Source of the DNA: Candidatus Latescibacterota bacterium
GTDB lineage: Bacteria > Latescibacterota > UBA2968 > GCA-2709665
Direction: 5' to 3'
DNA: 64,000 bases
NCBI GenBank assembly: GCA_963667175.2
Contig: CAXXXF010000002.1
Span: 128,001-192,000 of the forward strand
A program made the position numbers and the translations under genes. How positions within the stretch are numbered: position 1 is the stretch's first letter; every line of letters begins with the position of its first letter. Positions 18,366-28,719 of the stretch are shown in pieces. The notes under the pieces were generated by a model, which ran no database searches, was not told the origin of the DNA, and worked only from the letters and a program-made list of their open reading frames with translations.

Positions 18366-21300
18366 ATGAAGCGTGGATTTACGGTTTTGGGCACAATTGT
18401 GGCGTTATGCCTGCTGGTCGGGCCGGCGCGGTCCCAGACCTTCTACGGCAAGATCGCCGGACAGGTGACCGATGCCGACGGCGGCGCCCTGCCGGGAGCC
18501 AACGTGGTGGTCGACGGGACGCGTTTTGGAGCGACGTCCGACAGCGACGGGTATTACGCCATCATCGGTGTCGAGCCCGGGTTCTATACCCTGAAGGCAT
18601 CGATGGTCGGTTACGAGGCAGTGGTGCGGGAGCGTGTCAAGGTGGCCGCCGGCTTGACGTCCGTGTCCGATTTCACGCTCCGGGAATCGGCGCTGGAAGC
18701 CGCGGAGATTGTGGTCAGGGCGGAGCGGCCCCTCGTGGAGGTGGACCGGACCTCCAGCGAGACGAAGATCTCCTCGCAGGAGATCGAACAGGTACCCATC
18801 ATCAGGGGCGTCAAAGAACACCTGCAGTACGCCGTGGGCACGAACGTGAACGACAGTCCAGGCAACGGCGTCCGCATCCGGCATATGAGCTATTATTCGA
18901 TGCGCGCCGCGCAGACCTGGACGTTCGACGGCATCGAGTTGATGAACCTCGACACGTCGCAGCAGACGGGTGTCCGGCAGTATACGAACCTGCCGGTAAC
19001 GGCCGTCGGTGAAATGGGGCTGGTCAGGGGCGGCGCGGACGCCTCGCAGGCCTCGTCGCCGGCGGGCGTGGTGAACATCATCAGCAGGGAGGGTACCCGG
19101 ATCTACCGCGGCGGCCTCGACCTCCGGGTGGAATTGCCCGGCAAACGGCACCGCGGTCCGAACGTGTACGACGCGACGCCGGGGCAGCGGGGCGGGGCGA
19201 ACGGGTACTGGCGCGACAGGCTGCAGTGGAACAACTCGGAATGGGTGAACGAGAAAGATCCGGACACCGGACAGTTGATCCACGTCAAGCAGGACTACGA
19301 GAGTTCCGTCGGACACCTCGTGGAAGGCTGGGTCACCGGCCCGCTGGGCGATAACGCCACCTTCGTGGTGAGCGGGAAGACCAGCCGCGCCAAAATCAAC
19401 CTGCCCGCGCCCACGCTGACGGGGCTGCGCCAGCACAGCATCTTCGGGAAAATCAGCTTTACCCCGTCGCCCAACCTCAAGGTCAAGGTGGGCTTCAACC
19501 AGTCCAACGAACCCACCTTCTTCGGGGACGCCAACCGGTCGGTCGGGGGAAACCTCTTCCTTCTCAACGGAACGACGGGGTACCAGCAGAACCGGGTCAA
19601 CCGGATCTTCTACGTGACGGGCACGCAAAGCATCAACCCCCGGATGTTCCACGAATTCCAGGTGGGTTACTACGGTACGAAGACCGATCCCGGGGAAGAC
19701 GTGCCTGCCACAACGACGTCCTGGCGCAGGGACAAGCTGGGTCAGTTCAATATAGACCGGGACCGCCGGCGCATCGTAGTAGAAGACAATCAAAGGTACA
19801 ACTTCCGCTACGATTTCACCGGGCAGCTGACCAGGCGGAACCTGTTCAAGGCCGGGTTCGTTTTTCAGAATATGAACAACCTCAACTGGGACTACAACCG
19901 GTCCAGCGCAACCAACGCCACGATAAAGATCATGGCGGGGAACAGCGAGCCGGGCAAGCGGTATACGGTAAACCGGCTGGCGGCGTACGTGGACGAGAAG
20001 CTGGAGTTCCAGGGACTGGTGCTGCACGCCGGCCTGCGTTTCGACAGTTTCTGGGGCGGGCCCGAGCGGACGTTGTCCGGTTTTATGAAGACATTGCCGG
20101 GCTGGAGGACCTACAAGGCATGGCGCACGGGGCGGGTGCCGCTGGCGAAGACCCGGCCGATGACGAGCCTCTCGCCGCGTATCGGCCTGTCCCACCCGAT
20201 CACGGACCGGTCCACCGTGCGGTACTCCTATGGCGTGTACTACAAGCCCCCGCAGTTCTCGCTGCTGTGGCTGGAGCCCTGGACCACGTCCGACGCGGAG
20301 AACCACCCCGAACTGGATGACGTCTGGTACGATCTGAACTGGATCGGGGGCGGGCAGTGGCGCCTGGACGGCGGATACCAGAATCCGGGCGGGCTGCCGA
20401 ATACCGCCGAGTTCGAGGTGACCGGGGAGTGGAACTTCGTCAGCGACTTCGTGATGGAGCTTTCCACCTACTACCGCCGGACCGAGCGTGTGGGTTCCGG
20501 GGGCGTACACTATTTCCGGGACCCGGTGCAGACCCTTACCTACGTCGGCCACAGGGGTCCCAACGCCCGCCTCGAGACCAAGGGAATCGAGATGGGCTTC
20601 ACCAAGGCCTTTTCTCACAATTTCTCCTTCAGGGTAGGGCTCGACGTGAGTTGGGCGCTGTTCAACTGGTCGGGCGGCTCCCAGCTTGTCATCAATACGT
20701 ACCCGGACTCCAATTACATTGCCAGTTCGAAGTACTTTATGGTTGATGCAAACGACGAAATCGTGCGGCTGACCGACGAAGAAATCCGGTCGATCGGCCA
20801 CAGGGCGAATGAGGTGATCCGGAAAAAGCATGCAGACGGGACCACGTTCGTCGGGGCGTGGGGAACAAACCGAATCGATGCGATACGCCCCTGGCATGAA
20901 TATCCCGGCCTGAGCGAATCGGAGAAGCAGGAGATGCAGAACCTCTGGTTCGAGGACGTCTGGCGCCAGGTCGACGCCTTCCGCGGGCAGCCCCCGACCA
21001 CGAACGCTTCCTTCCAGTTCCTGTGGTCCACGCCGATGGACTGGGGCCCCGGAGAACCCATTGGCGGCGCAAAGATCCTGGGCGGCATCCAGGCCAACGT
21101 CGTCTGGCGGCTGGACAACGGGCGGCAGTTCCAGATCACCCTGCCGGGCACGAGTGTGCAGACCGCCCGCAACCGGCCCGTTTTCGTGCGGACGGACCTC
21201 AACTTCCAGAAGTCGTTCCGAATCGGGGCAACCACTCCCACGATCTACGCCGAGGTGTTTAACCTGTTCAACACGTTTTACGACGCATCCTCCGGCTCCA

Positions 21301-21428
21301 ATTACGTGCGCTGGGGCCTGAAGAAGCCCACACCAAACGACACGAATTACCTGAAATACGGCGACTCCAACTTCAGGCGCGGCGGAACGCCGAGGTACGT
21401 GAATATGGGCGTGCGGATCGGTTTCTAG
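18366..21428 (+). CDS. TonB-dependent receptor with N-terminal carboxypeptidase-regulatory-like domain
   Basis: GKIAGQVTD...LPGANVVV...GA.SD.DGYY N-domain, EIVVRAERPLV, plug region GVVNIISREG, SPRIGLSHPI, and C-terminal PRYVNMGVRIGF. AAGGAG RBS. Confidence 0.92.
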   Translation: MKRGFTVLGTIVALCLLVGPARSQTFYGKIAGQVTDADGGALPGANVVVDGTRFGATSDSDGYYAIIGVEPGFYTLKASMVGYEAVVRERVKVAAGLTSVSDFTLRESALEAAEIVVRAERPLVEVDRTSSETKISSQEIEQVPIIRGVKEHLQYAVGTNVNDSPGNGVRIRHMSYYSMRAAQTWTFDGIELMNLDTSQQTGVRQYTNLPVTAVGEMGLVRGGADASQASSPAGVVNIISREGTRIYRGGLDLRVELPGKRHRGPNVYDATPGQRGGANGYWRDRLQWNNSEWVNEKDPDTGQLIHVKQDYESSVGHLVEGWVTGPLGDNATFVVSGKTSRAKINLPAPTLTGLRQHSIFGKISFTPSPNLKVKVGFNQSNEPTFFGDANRSVGGNLFLLNGTTGYQQNRVNRIFYVTGTQSINPRMFHEFQVGYYGTKTDPGEDVPATTTSWRRDKLGQFNIDRDRRRIVVEDNQRYNFRYDFTGQLTRRNLFKAGFVFQNMNNLNWDYNRSSATNATIKIMAGNSEPGKRYTVNRLAAYVDEKLEFQGLVLHAGLRFDSFWGGPERTLSGFMKTLPGWRTYKAWRTGRVPLAKTRPMTSLSPRIGLSHPITDRSTVRYSYGVYYKPPQFSLLWLEPWTTSDAENHPELDDVWYDLNWIGGGQWRLDGGYQNPGGLPNTAEFEVTGEWNFVSDFVMELSTYYRRTERVGSGGVHYFRDPVQTLTYVGHRGPNARLETKGIEMGFTKAFSHNFSFRVGLDVSWALFNWSGGSQLVINTYPDSNYIASSKYFMVDANDEIVRLTDEEIRSIGHRANEVIRKKHADGTTFVGAWGTNRIDAIRPWHEYPGLSESEKQEMQNLWFEDVWRQVDAFRGQPPTTNASFQFLWSTPMDWGPGEPIGGAKILGGIQANVVWRLDNGRQFQITLPGTSVQTARNRPVFVRTDLNFQKSFRIGATTPTIYAEVFNLFNTFYDASSGSNYVRWGLKKPTPNDTNYLKYGDSNFRRGGTPRYVNMGVRIGF

Positions 21429-21440
21429 GTATGTATCTGA

Positions 21441-21467
21441 CGCCGGGGCGGCGCGGCTGCCCCGGCG
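21441..21467 (+). other. Strong intergenic hairpin without U-tract (possible mRNA stability or processing element)
   Basis: CGCCGGGGCGGC-GCG-GCTGCCCCGGCG between the TBDR gene and the next gene. Confidence 0.5.
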
Positions 21468-21489
21468 CAATCAGGCGGGGAGACAATCC

Positions 21490-24018
21490 ATGAGACGCAT
21501 ATACATCATTACAGGCGCACTCCTGATCGCAGGCGCGTTCTGGCGTCCGGCCGAGGCCCAGCGGGCGACCATCTCCAATCTGGCCGGTGAATCCCTGACG
21601 CCCCGGCACCTCGCGCGCGGCACCCTCTGGCACAGCTTTCTCAGCACGGGCGCCGAGGGGGCTCGGCCGGTGGAAGGGAACTATGCCGGCCTCTATCTGG
21701 ACCTGGCCTATCCGGGGTTCGCGCTGATCAGCTGGGGGGGCGGCGGAACGAACGATTTTTCCGCCTACTACGGGGAACAGCGCAGCGCCGGGAGCATGCA
21801 CGTGGATCTGACGTCGCACAACGGCCGCGGCCACGGATGGTGGATCGCCACCAAAGTGAACGGCGAGGCCGCGGTGAGCTGGGCCAACCCCCTCATATCG
21901 GCGATGGAAGAAAGCGAAGACGTCGTGGCGATGGCGGTGGATCCCAGCGTGGACTTCAGGGGCAAGTACGCGGGGCTGGGCAGCGACGTGGTCAGCCCCA
22001 ACTCGGGGCGATCGATGGCCAACTGGTGGCCCGGCACCGGGGTGGAGCTGGATGCGCTGGAACCCAGGGAAATCCTGAATTACCGCATCGGCCAGTACAA
22101 CGACGTTTCCACCGACAATTTTCCTGAAGACATCGTTCTGAGCAAGTGGACCACCGGGCTGGGCATTACGGGTGAGAAGGCGGCCTTTGCATGGAACCAC
22201 CCGGAATACGACGATTTCGTGATCACCGAGTGGGTGTTCGAGAACACCGGCGATACCGACGGCGATCGCGCGTCCGACCTCGCCGGCGGCGGGCACAATC
22301 TCAAGAACGTCTATTTTTCCTTCCATCACCGGTTCCTGCCGTCATCCGCGGGCGTCTCCCGGGTCAGTTACAGGGCGTACTATTCCGACTACGGCACGGG
22401 AGACGGGTGCAGCAGCAATTTCGGACCCCTGGACAATTCCCAGGACGACAAGATCAAGTATACGGAGTCTCCGAACTACGATGGCCCGGAATCCGCCCGC
22501 GGCCTGCGGCTGACCTACCAGTACGACTGGGACAACTTCTGCCTTACCGGTCCGCTGTCCGACGACGTTGGAGACCCGTATCGCTCCGAACACAGGTGCG
22601 CGCAATGCACCTTCCCCAGCCTGACCGGCGTCGGGGACATCACGTCGCCGGCATGGATCGGCAAGGCCCCTATAGACGTGGACCCCACGGACGGATTCGT
22701 GGGCGATCCGGATGTCTACGAGGCGCCGAAGGTGCCGGATCAACCATTCGCGTACAACTTCTTTCATTTTCTGTACCGGTATCCGTCCAGTGCGTCGGCT
22801 GCGATCGGGTTCCTGACGGACGAGCCGAACCCGAACGAGATGAACGACGAAACGCTCTACCAGATGCTGGTCAGCACGCCGGACCCCTCCTACTTCAACG
22901 AGCCGCTGCTGGAACGTCCCAGCAGGGGCTCGGGAAATCCCAATCTGGGCGTGCCGCTGCTCCCGGTTCCGGACGTCCCGGTCGGCCCCATGCCGTATAT
23001 GCCGATCCCCTCGTGGGAGTGGGAAGGGAGGCACGGCATCGCCGCGGGCTACACCCCGCTGGAAACCTACGGCCCCTATGACCTGGCGCCCGGCCAGAAG
23101 GTGAAATTCGTGTTTGCCTACGTGGCGGCCGCGCCGGTTACGGAGAACTTCCGGGCCTATCAGAAGTCGGGAGACACCAGCGAACTCAAGAAGGAAGAGA
23201 ACGGCGCCGCGTTCGCCAACCTCCTCAACCACCTCAATAAGGCCAAGGAGGCCTACGCGTTGGGTTACGACCTGCCCAACCAGCCTCCGGACGTGGACGC
23301 GATGGTGTCCTCTTCCGAGAACGCCCGTAACCTGATCACATGGAAAGGCGATCCGGAAAAGTCGAACAATCCGGATACCGGGCAGCCCGACGTGGCGGGC
23401 TACCGGGTGTACCAGTCCGAGACCCAGCCCGGTCTCTGGAAGATGATCCAGGACGTCCCGGCAACCGGCGCCGCGGAGTACTCGTACGAAGACACGGAGT
23501 CGCTCGCGGGATTCCAGTACTACTACGCCGTACGCTCCTACCAGGGGAGCGCCAACACCGGATTCGCCAGCCGGGTAACGGGCGCCACGGTGGAGGGCGG
23601 CGTCCGGGCGTACGAGTCGGGACTCGGAGACGTTTCCACCTACTATCTGCCTCCAACCGGGCAATCGCCCGACAGTCCGGTGCAGGTGCCCACCGCAAGC
23701 GCGGACCGGCTGGAAAAGGATATCCTCATCGTGCCGAACCCCTACATCCCCGAATCGCCGCACACCTACGAGGGTTCTACCAAGATCCGGATCCTGAACG
23801 TACCCAGGAAGGCCAAGATCCGGATCTTCTCCGTAGCCGGCGACCTGGTGGGCGAGGTGGACCACGATTCGCAGACCGAGGGTGAAGCCGCCTTCTTCCA
23901 GTTCAACAGAACGCACATCACACAGTTGACCTTCGGCGTCTATTTCGTCACCGTCGAGTCCCTGGTGGCGGAATCCCAGGGACAGGTGAAGGGCGCCAAG
24001 CTGGTCATCATTCGCTAA
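21490..24018 (+). CDS. Large secreted protein with Fn3-like module and T9SS type-A-like C-terminal sorting domain
   Basis: Signal peptide; ITW...DVAGYRVY...YEDTE..GFQYYYAVRSY Fn3-like segment; C-terminus ILIVPNPY...AKIRIFSVAGDLV...GVYFVTVES...KLVIIR. Confidence 0.75.
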   Translation: MRRIYIITGALLIAGAFWRPAEAQRATISNLAGESLTPRHLARGTLWHSFLSTGAEGARPVEGNYAGLYLDLAYPGFALISWGGGGTNDFSAYYGEQRSAGSMHVDLTSHNGRGHGWWIATKVNGEAAVSWANPLISAMEESEDVVAMAVDPSVDFRGKYAGLGSDVVSPNSGRSMANWWPGTGVELDALEPREILNYRIGQYNDVSTDNFPEDIVLSKWTTGLGITGEKAAFAWNHPEYDDFVITEWVFENTGDTDGDRASDLAGGGHNLKNVYFSFHHRFLPSSAGVSRVSYRAYYSDYGTGDGCSSNFGPLDNSQDDKIKYTESPNYDGPESARGLRLTYQYDWDNFCLTGPLSDDVGDPYRSEHRCAQCTFPSLTGVGDITSPAWIGKAPIDVDPTDGFVGDPDVYEAPKVPDQPFAYNFFHFLYRYPSSASAAIGFLTDEPNPNEMNDETLYQMLVSTPDPSYFNEPLLERPSRGSGNPNLGVPLLPVPDVPVGPMPYMPIPSWEWEGRHGIAAGYTPLETYGPYDLAPGQKVKFVFAYVAAAPVTENFRAYQKSGDTSELKKEENGAAFANLLNHLNKAKEAYALGYDLPNQPPDVDAMVSSSENARNLITWKGDPEKSNNPDTGQPDVAGYRVYQSETQPGLWKMIQDVPATGAAEYSYEDTESLAGFQYYYAVRSYQGSANTGFASRVTGATVEGGVRAYESGLGDVSTYYLPPTGQSPDSPVQVPTASADRLEKDILIVPNPYIPESPHTYEGSTKIRILNVPRKAKIRIFSVAGDLVGEVDHDSQTEGEAAFFQFNRTHITQLTFGVYFVTVESLVAESQGQVKGAKLVIIR

Positions 24019-24028
24019 GGAGGTCGCC

Positions 24029-25003
24029 ATGAGGCGCATTTATCGGATCGGCTCTGCGGCGCTTGTCGGCGTCCTCGTTCTGGGCGCCCCGGCGTTGGCC
24101 GAAATCTCCAACCAGACGCCGGTGGGCGAAACCTACGCAGCTTTCCTGGAAATTTCCCAGAGCGCGCGCGCCGCAGGGATGGGAGACGCGTACGTGGCCG
24201 TTGCGGACGACATCAATTCCGTATTCTGGAATCCCGCCGGACTTACGGCCATGACGCGCAACCGGCTGCAGTTCGCGTTCACGAACACCAGGTGGCTCCT
24301 TGAGTCCCAGTTGAACTCCGCGGCGGTCGGCGTCAATACAGACTACGGCGCCCTCGCTCTGAGTCTGGTGGCGTTCAACACCGGCGATATCGAGGAAACC
24401 ACCATTTTCAACCCGGAGGGGACGGGCCGGATCCTGGACACAGGAAGCTGGGCGGTGGGCGGGGTCTACGCCAAGCAGTTTACGGAGCGCTTCTCCGTGG
24501 GATTCCAGGCGCGGGTCATCGAGGAAAAACTGGACACGGGTTACGACTACCGCGTCTTCGATCTGGCGGTCGGCACGTTCTACCATACGGGATTCCGGAG
24601 CCTTCGTATCGGGATGTCGTTGCGCAACTTCGGGAAGGACCTCGTACTCCTGACCGATGAAGCCATCAAGGGCAAGATGCCCGTCTTCTTCAGCATGGCG
24701 ACCGCGGCGGAGGTCTACGGGGAGCGGGGAGAAGACGTCTCGCTGACCGGTGCGATCGAGGCGCTCTACAGCGTGAGCGTCGAGCGGCGGATGCACGTGG
24801 GCGCCGAACTCTGGCTGCGGAACATGGTCGCGCTTCGGGCCGGTTACAAGCTGGGCTACGACGTGCAGGACGTTACCGCCGGGGCGGGCGTCCGGCTGCA
24901 GCGCGGCATCCATCACGTGCAGGCGGATTTCGCCTACGTGAAGTTCGACAAGTTCCCCGACAACGGCGCGACCCTGCGGTTCTCGGTGACCGGATCGTTC
25001 TGA
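24029..25003 (+). CDS. PorV/PorQ-family outer-membrane barrel
   Basis: AAFLEISQSARAAGMGDAYVAVADD..SVFWNPAGL N-terminal signature, GMSLRNFG, GAELW...ALRAGY and terminal F. AGGAGG RBS. Confidence 0.88.
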   Translation: MRRIYRIGSAALVGVLVLGAPALAEISNQTPVGETYAAFLEISQSARAAGMGDAYVAVADDINSVFWNPAGLTAMTRNRLQFAFTNTRWLLESQLNSAAVGVNTDYGALALSLVAFNTGDIEETTIFNPEGTGRILDTGSWAVGGVYAKQFTERFSVGFQARVIEEKLDTGYDYRVFDLAVGTFYHTGFRSLRIGMSLRNFGKDLVLLTDEAIKGKMPVFFSMATAAEVYGERGEDVSLTGAIEALYSVSVERRMHVGAELWLRNMVALRAGYKLGYDVQDVTAGAGVRLQRGIHHVQADFAYVKFDKFPDNGATLRFSVTGSF

Positions 25004-25034
25004 TCGCGAACAAACGCAATTCGAGTAAACCCGC

Positions 25035-25075
25035 TAGGCGGCTTTGGTTAACGCGACAGGGCCGCCTATTTGTTT
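25035..25075 (+). terminator. Probable intrinsic terminator after the PorV-like gene
   Basis: TAGGCGGCTTTG-N10-CAGGGCCGCCTA stem followed by TTTGTTT. Confidence 0.55.
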
Positions 25076-25096
25076 ACCAGGGAGAGACGTCGGTAT

Positions 25097-27868
25097 ATGG
25101 AATATGCATGGTGGCGGTGGGCGCGCTCTAAATTGGTCTGCGCGCTGATCGTCGCCGCCCTCCCGCCCGACAATGCGTCGGCTGCCGGAAAGCCGTTATC
25201 GGAACTGGACGCCGCGTACACGCGCGGGCTCAAGGCCCGCGACGTGCCGGCGGTGGTTGCGGCGGCGAAGGCGCTGGAGCGGGCGCTTGTCGACCATCCG
25301 GACCACACGGGACTCATCCTGAACCGCGCCGGCATGCTCTACCTGCGGGTGGGCAGGGGCCGCGATGCGCGCTCGGCGTTCGAGCGCGCGGTCGAATTCG
25401 ACCCCACACTGGCCACGGCGCATTGCGGCCTGGGGAGGGTGGCCCTCGAGCTGGAAGGAGACCCCGGCGGGGCGTTGCCCCATCTGGAAGCCGCACTGCG
25501 CGCCGATTCCACGTATACCTGGACGCACACGTATCTTGCGCGGGCGCTTGCTCAGGTCGGTCGCCGGCGTCTAAAAGCCGGCGCCGCGGACAGTGCGCGC
25601 GCGGCGTTTGAACGCGCACTCGGATTCGACCCGGAGCAGGCCGCTGCGCATCGCGGCCTGGGCAGGCTGACCCTGGAACTGGAGGGAGACGCCGAGCGGG
25701 CGCTGCCGCATCTCGAAGCCGCGCTGCGGGCCGATTCGACCCTTGCCGAAACGCACTATCTGCTTGCCCGCGTCTACCAGGAAACCGGGCGTCCCGGCGC
25801 GAGGCGGGCCGCGGATCGCGCGCTTGAGTTCGATCCACGGTATGGGCCGGCCCACCTGCTGCTGGCCCGGTCCCACCATGAGGATCGCGACCTTCAGAGC
25901 GCAATGGTATACTTTGAAAAATATCTGGAACTGAAGCCTGCGGATCAGGCGGATGCGCTGGCATTTGCAAACGAGTTGCTCGAAGAAGAGAGATTCGAGG
26001 AAGTCGAAACCCTTACGTCTCTGATGACCGACGACCTCGCACTGCCGCTTCTCGCGCAGGCGCTGATGGCGCGGGGGAGTTACGAAGGCGCGCTCCGCGC
26101 GTTCAAGATCTACATCGAGAGCCTGGATCCGGAAGAGCAGGCGCTTTACCGGGACGTGACGCTGGTTGGGCTTCCGCACGAAATCGAGGCCTATCGCGCC
26201 ACCCCTCCGGAAAAGCGTGCGGCGTTCCTGCAGCGGTTCTGGCTCCGCCGCGACCCGTTCAAGGCCTCGCGGGGCGCGATGCGCCGGGCCGAACACCACC
26301 GGCGGGTGTGGTACGCCCGTACGACGTATGGTACGCTGAAATGGCCGTGGGACCGCCGCGGCGAGGTGTACATCAGGTACGGAGAACCGGACTACCGCTC
26401 CTCGTCATCGGCGCCGAATCCGAACGTGCCGCCCGCGGTCGAGCGCGTTCAGGACAATATGGCCTACCAGCTCTATGGATCTCAAGGGCCCGGCATCAGC
26501 TACGTGGGGCCCGTATTTCCGATTCGTACTGATCTCGGCTCCTTTCTGGAACCCAGCGAAGAGATCCGGCGCGACCTGCAGACGGCGGTAATCGAGGAAC
26601 TCGACCTGGCTGTGTTCGCGCCGGACCAGGCCGACCCGGGCGCCGGAGGCAACCCGGCCGCGGCGCCGCAGGAACTGGTGGATCTCGAGGATTCTCCCAT
26701 ACAGGCCGGCATCGATCCGGATCCGGAATTTGCCATCGGCCTGAGCGGGTGGAAGCCGGTCACGATGGGGCACAACTGGGCGTCGGTACCGTGGGAGGTC
26801 TGGGTATATGCAGGCGTTGGAAAGGGACTTGAAGTGGCGTTCACGGATGAACAGAACTCCGGCGTCTACGACTACGCGCCTGTGCCGGGAGTGAACAGCC
26901 AGGACCTCAAGAACCTCGATAGGGACCCGCACGTGGGGCAGATGGCCTATCTGCGGCTCATCCAGCGGCTCACGGAACTGGCGCCCTCAACGCGTGTCGC
27001 TTCCGTGTCGCGGGAAGAGCCCGAGTACTTCAGCGTCGCGGGGTTCGAGTCGCTCGACTTCAGCTATGACGTGATCACTTACCGGGGGAAAGACGCCGGT
27101 ACGGAAATCCAGGTGAACGTGGGCATCCCAATAGAGCACGTTGCGCTTCCCGGGGATACGGATGACAACGTGATGGTGAACCGGCGGGTGGCGCTTCTGG
27201 ACGGCCGGTACACGAACGTGTTGGCCCTGCAGCAGGATCTGGAGGCGCCGGTCTCCGGCCGGCGCCGCGACCGTGCCCTTCTGGACCGCGTGGACCTCCT
27301 GGACGTTCGTCCGGGAGACTACGAACTGGCCGTGCAGGTGCAGCGCCACAACACGAAACGGCTGCAGGCGTATTCGCAGAAGCTTTCCGTGGAAGACTAT
27401 TCCGGGGAAGGATTGATGTTGAGCGATCTGTTCGTGGCGCGGCAGGTGACCGCCGCGATGCCCGGGTCCGACCCGAAGTTCGTCCGGGGGAAATGGAGGA
27501 TTTCGCCGCTGCCGTCACACGTTTTCAATGCGGGTCAGCACGTGTTTGTCTATTTCGAAATCTACAATCTCGAGCAGGACGAATTCGGGGCGACCCGCTA
27601 CGAAGTGACTTACGAGGTCTACGGCACGGACGAGAGCGGCGCCAGCCTCTCACGCCTGAGGACGAGGATCCTGGGGCGGTCCGAGTCTGCCGTGACCGTT
27701 CGTTACGTTCAGACCGGAACCGACGCTTCGGTTGCGGATTACGTTGCACTGGACATCGGAGAGGGCGCCGCAGGGCGCCGCAGGGTCCGGATGACCGTAA
27801 AGGACATGAACAGCGGGCAGCAGGCGACCAAGGAGGGCCTGTTCTGGGTGAAGGAAGCCGCACAGTGA
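25097..27868 (+). CDS. TPR + GWxTD-domain protein
   Basis: N-terminal TPRs, then FLQRFWLRRDP...EHHRRVWYA...PWDRRGEVYIRYGEPD (GWxTD-type motif variant), WEVWVY, and C-terminal LSDL...VYFEIYNL beta-sandwich. Confidence 0.85.
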   Translation: MEYAWWRWARSKLVCALIVAALPPDNASAAGKPLSELDAAYTRGLKARDVPAVVAAAKALERALVDHPDHTGLILNRAGMLYLRVGRGRDARSAFERAVEFDPTLATAHCGLGRVALELEGDPGGALPHLEAALRADSTYTWTHTYLARALAQVGRRRLKAGAADSARAAFERALGFDPEQAAAHRGLGRLTLELEGDAERALPHLEAALRADSTLAETHYLLARVYQETGRPGARRAADRALEFDPRYGPAHLLLARSHHEDRDLQSAMVYFEKYLELKPADQADALAFANELLEEERFEEVETLTSLMTDDLALPLLAQALMARGSYEGALRAFKIYIESLDPEEQALYRDVTLVGLPHEIEAYRATPPEKRAAFLQRFWLRRDPFKASRGAMRRAEHHRRVWYARTTYGTLKWPWDRRGEVYIRYGEPDYRSSSSAPNPNVPPAVERVQDNMAYQLYGSQGPGISYVGPVFPIRTDLGSFLEPSEEIRRDLQTAVIEELDLAVFAPDQADPGAGGNPAAAPQELVDLEDSPIQAGIDPDPEFAIGLSGWKPVTMGHNWASVPWEVWVYAGVGKGLEVAFTDEQNSGVYDYAPVPGVNSQDLKNLDRDPHVGQMAYLRLIQRLTELAPSTRVASVSREEPEYFSVAGFESLDFSYDVITYRGKDAGTEIQVNVGIPIEHVALPGDTDDNVMVNRRVALLDGRYTNVLALQQDLEAPVSGRRRDRALLDRVDLLDVRPGDYELAVQVQRHNTKRLQAYSQKLSVEDYSGEGLMLSDLFVARQVTAAMPGSDPKFVRGKWRISPLPSHVFNAGQHVFVYFEIYNLEQDEFGATRYEVTYEVYGTDESGASLSRLRTRILGRSESAVTVRYVQTGTDASVADYVALDIGEGAAGRRRVRMTVKDMNSGQQATKEGLFWVKEAAQ

Positions 27869-27978
27869 TCGGGAGCGAAGTTCTGGTTGTCGCCTGGAAT
27901 TTACAGATGGATCGCTGTACCCTGTAAACGCGCGTTGAACGCATGCAAGCCGGCAGTGCAGGCAACGTGGAGGGTACA

Positions 27979-28689
27979 ATGCCGCAATCACTGCCTCCCA
28001 GACCCTGGATTACCGGAAACGTCATCCGAACCAGGCGTCCCGAAGCGGACGTGAAGGCGCAGTATCGGAAGGTCTTCCCCCTATGCGTCGGGATCTCGCT
28101 CGCCCTCCACGGCGCCGTCGCGTTTACTTTCCCGGCCTTCAGGCTCAGCGCGCCGGCCTCCGCGAAACATCCGGTTCTCATCCAGGTGACAGAGGTACCG
28201 GAAACCCGGCAGGGCACAAGGCTGCCTGCACTCGTACGGCCGGCGGTACCCCTCGAAACGGATAGCCGCGACCCGCTGCCCGAAGAGATCACCGTTTCCG
28301 CCGCCGACCAACTGGGATTTGACGCGGCGCCCATCCGCATCTCCACGCCCACGGACACGCTGGTCTCGGGTCCCCTCAAGGAGGAGGAAGTAGATGGTGA
28401 AGTGGTCTACCCCGCCCGGTTCGTGGAACGAAAGCCCAAACTCCTCAAGCAGGTGGAGCCGGCATATCCGGAAGAGGCGCGGCGGGCGGGCCTGGAGGGC
28501 GTCGTCCTGATGGAATTTACCGTGGGAAAGGACGGCCGGGTCAAAGACAGCGTGGTACTCAAGGGGCGCGAGGTGTTTCACCAGTCATCGCTGGACGCCC
28601 TCTCCGGTTTCCGATATCTGCCCGGGTACCAGAACCGCGAGGCGGTTGAGGTGCGCATGTACATCTACATCCGGTTTCAACTTGACTGA
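27979..28689 (+). CDS. tonB: Energy transducer TonB
   Basis: TM anchor with SLALH, Pro-rich linker, and C-terminal PAYPEEARRAGLEGVV..FTVGKDGRV. GGAGG RBS. Confidence 0.9.
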   Translation: MPQSLPPRPWITGNVIRTRRPEADVKAQYRKVFPLCVGISLALHGAVAFTFPAFRLSAPASAKHPVLIQVTEVPETRQGTRLPALVRPAVPLETDSRDPLPEEITVSAADQLGFDAAPIRISTPTDTLVSGPLKEEEVDGEVVYPARFVERKPKLLKQVEPAYPEEARRAGLEGVVLMEFTVGKDGRVKDSVVLKGREVFHQSSLDALSGFRYLPGYQNREAVEVRMYIYIRFQLD

Positions 28690-28719
28690 TGCCAGCCAAC
28701 CAGTACCGGAGAGACGAAA

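Noticed and set aside
18405-21470. 1021-aa minus-strand ORF
   Set aside because: Antisense shadow of the TBDR gene. High GC3 suppresses stops on the opposite strand, and it has no recognisable motifs.
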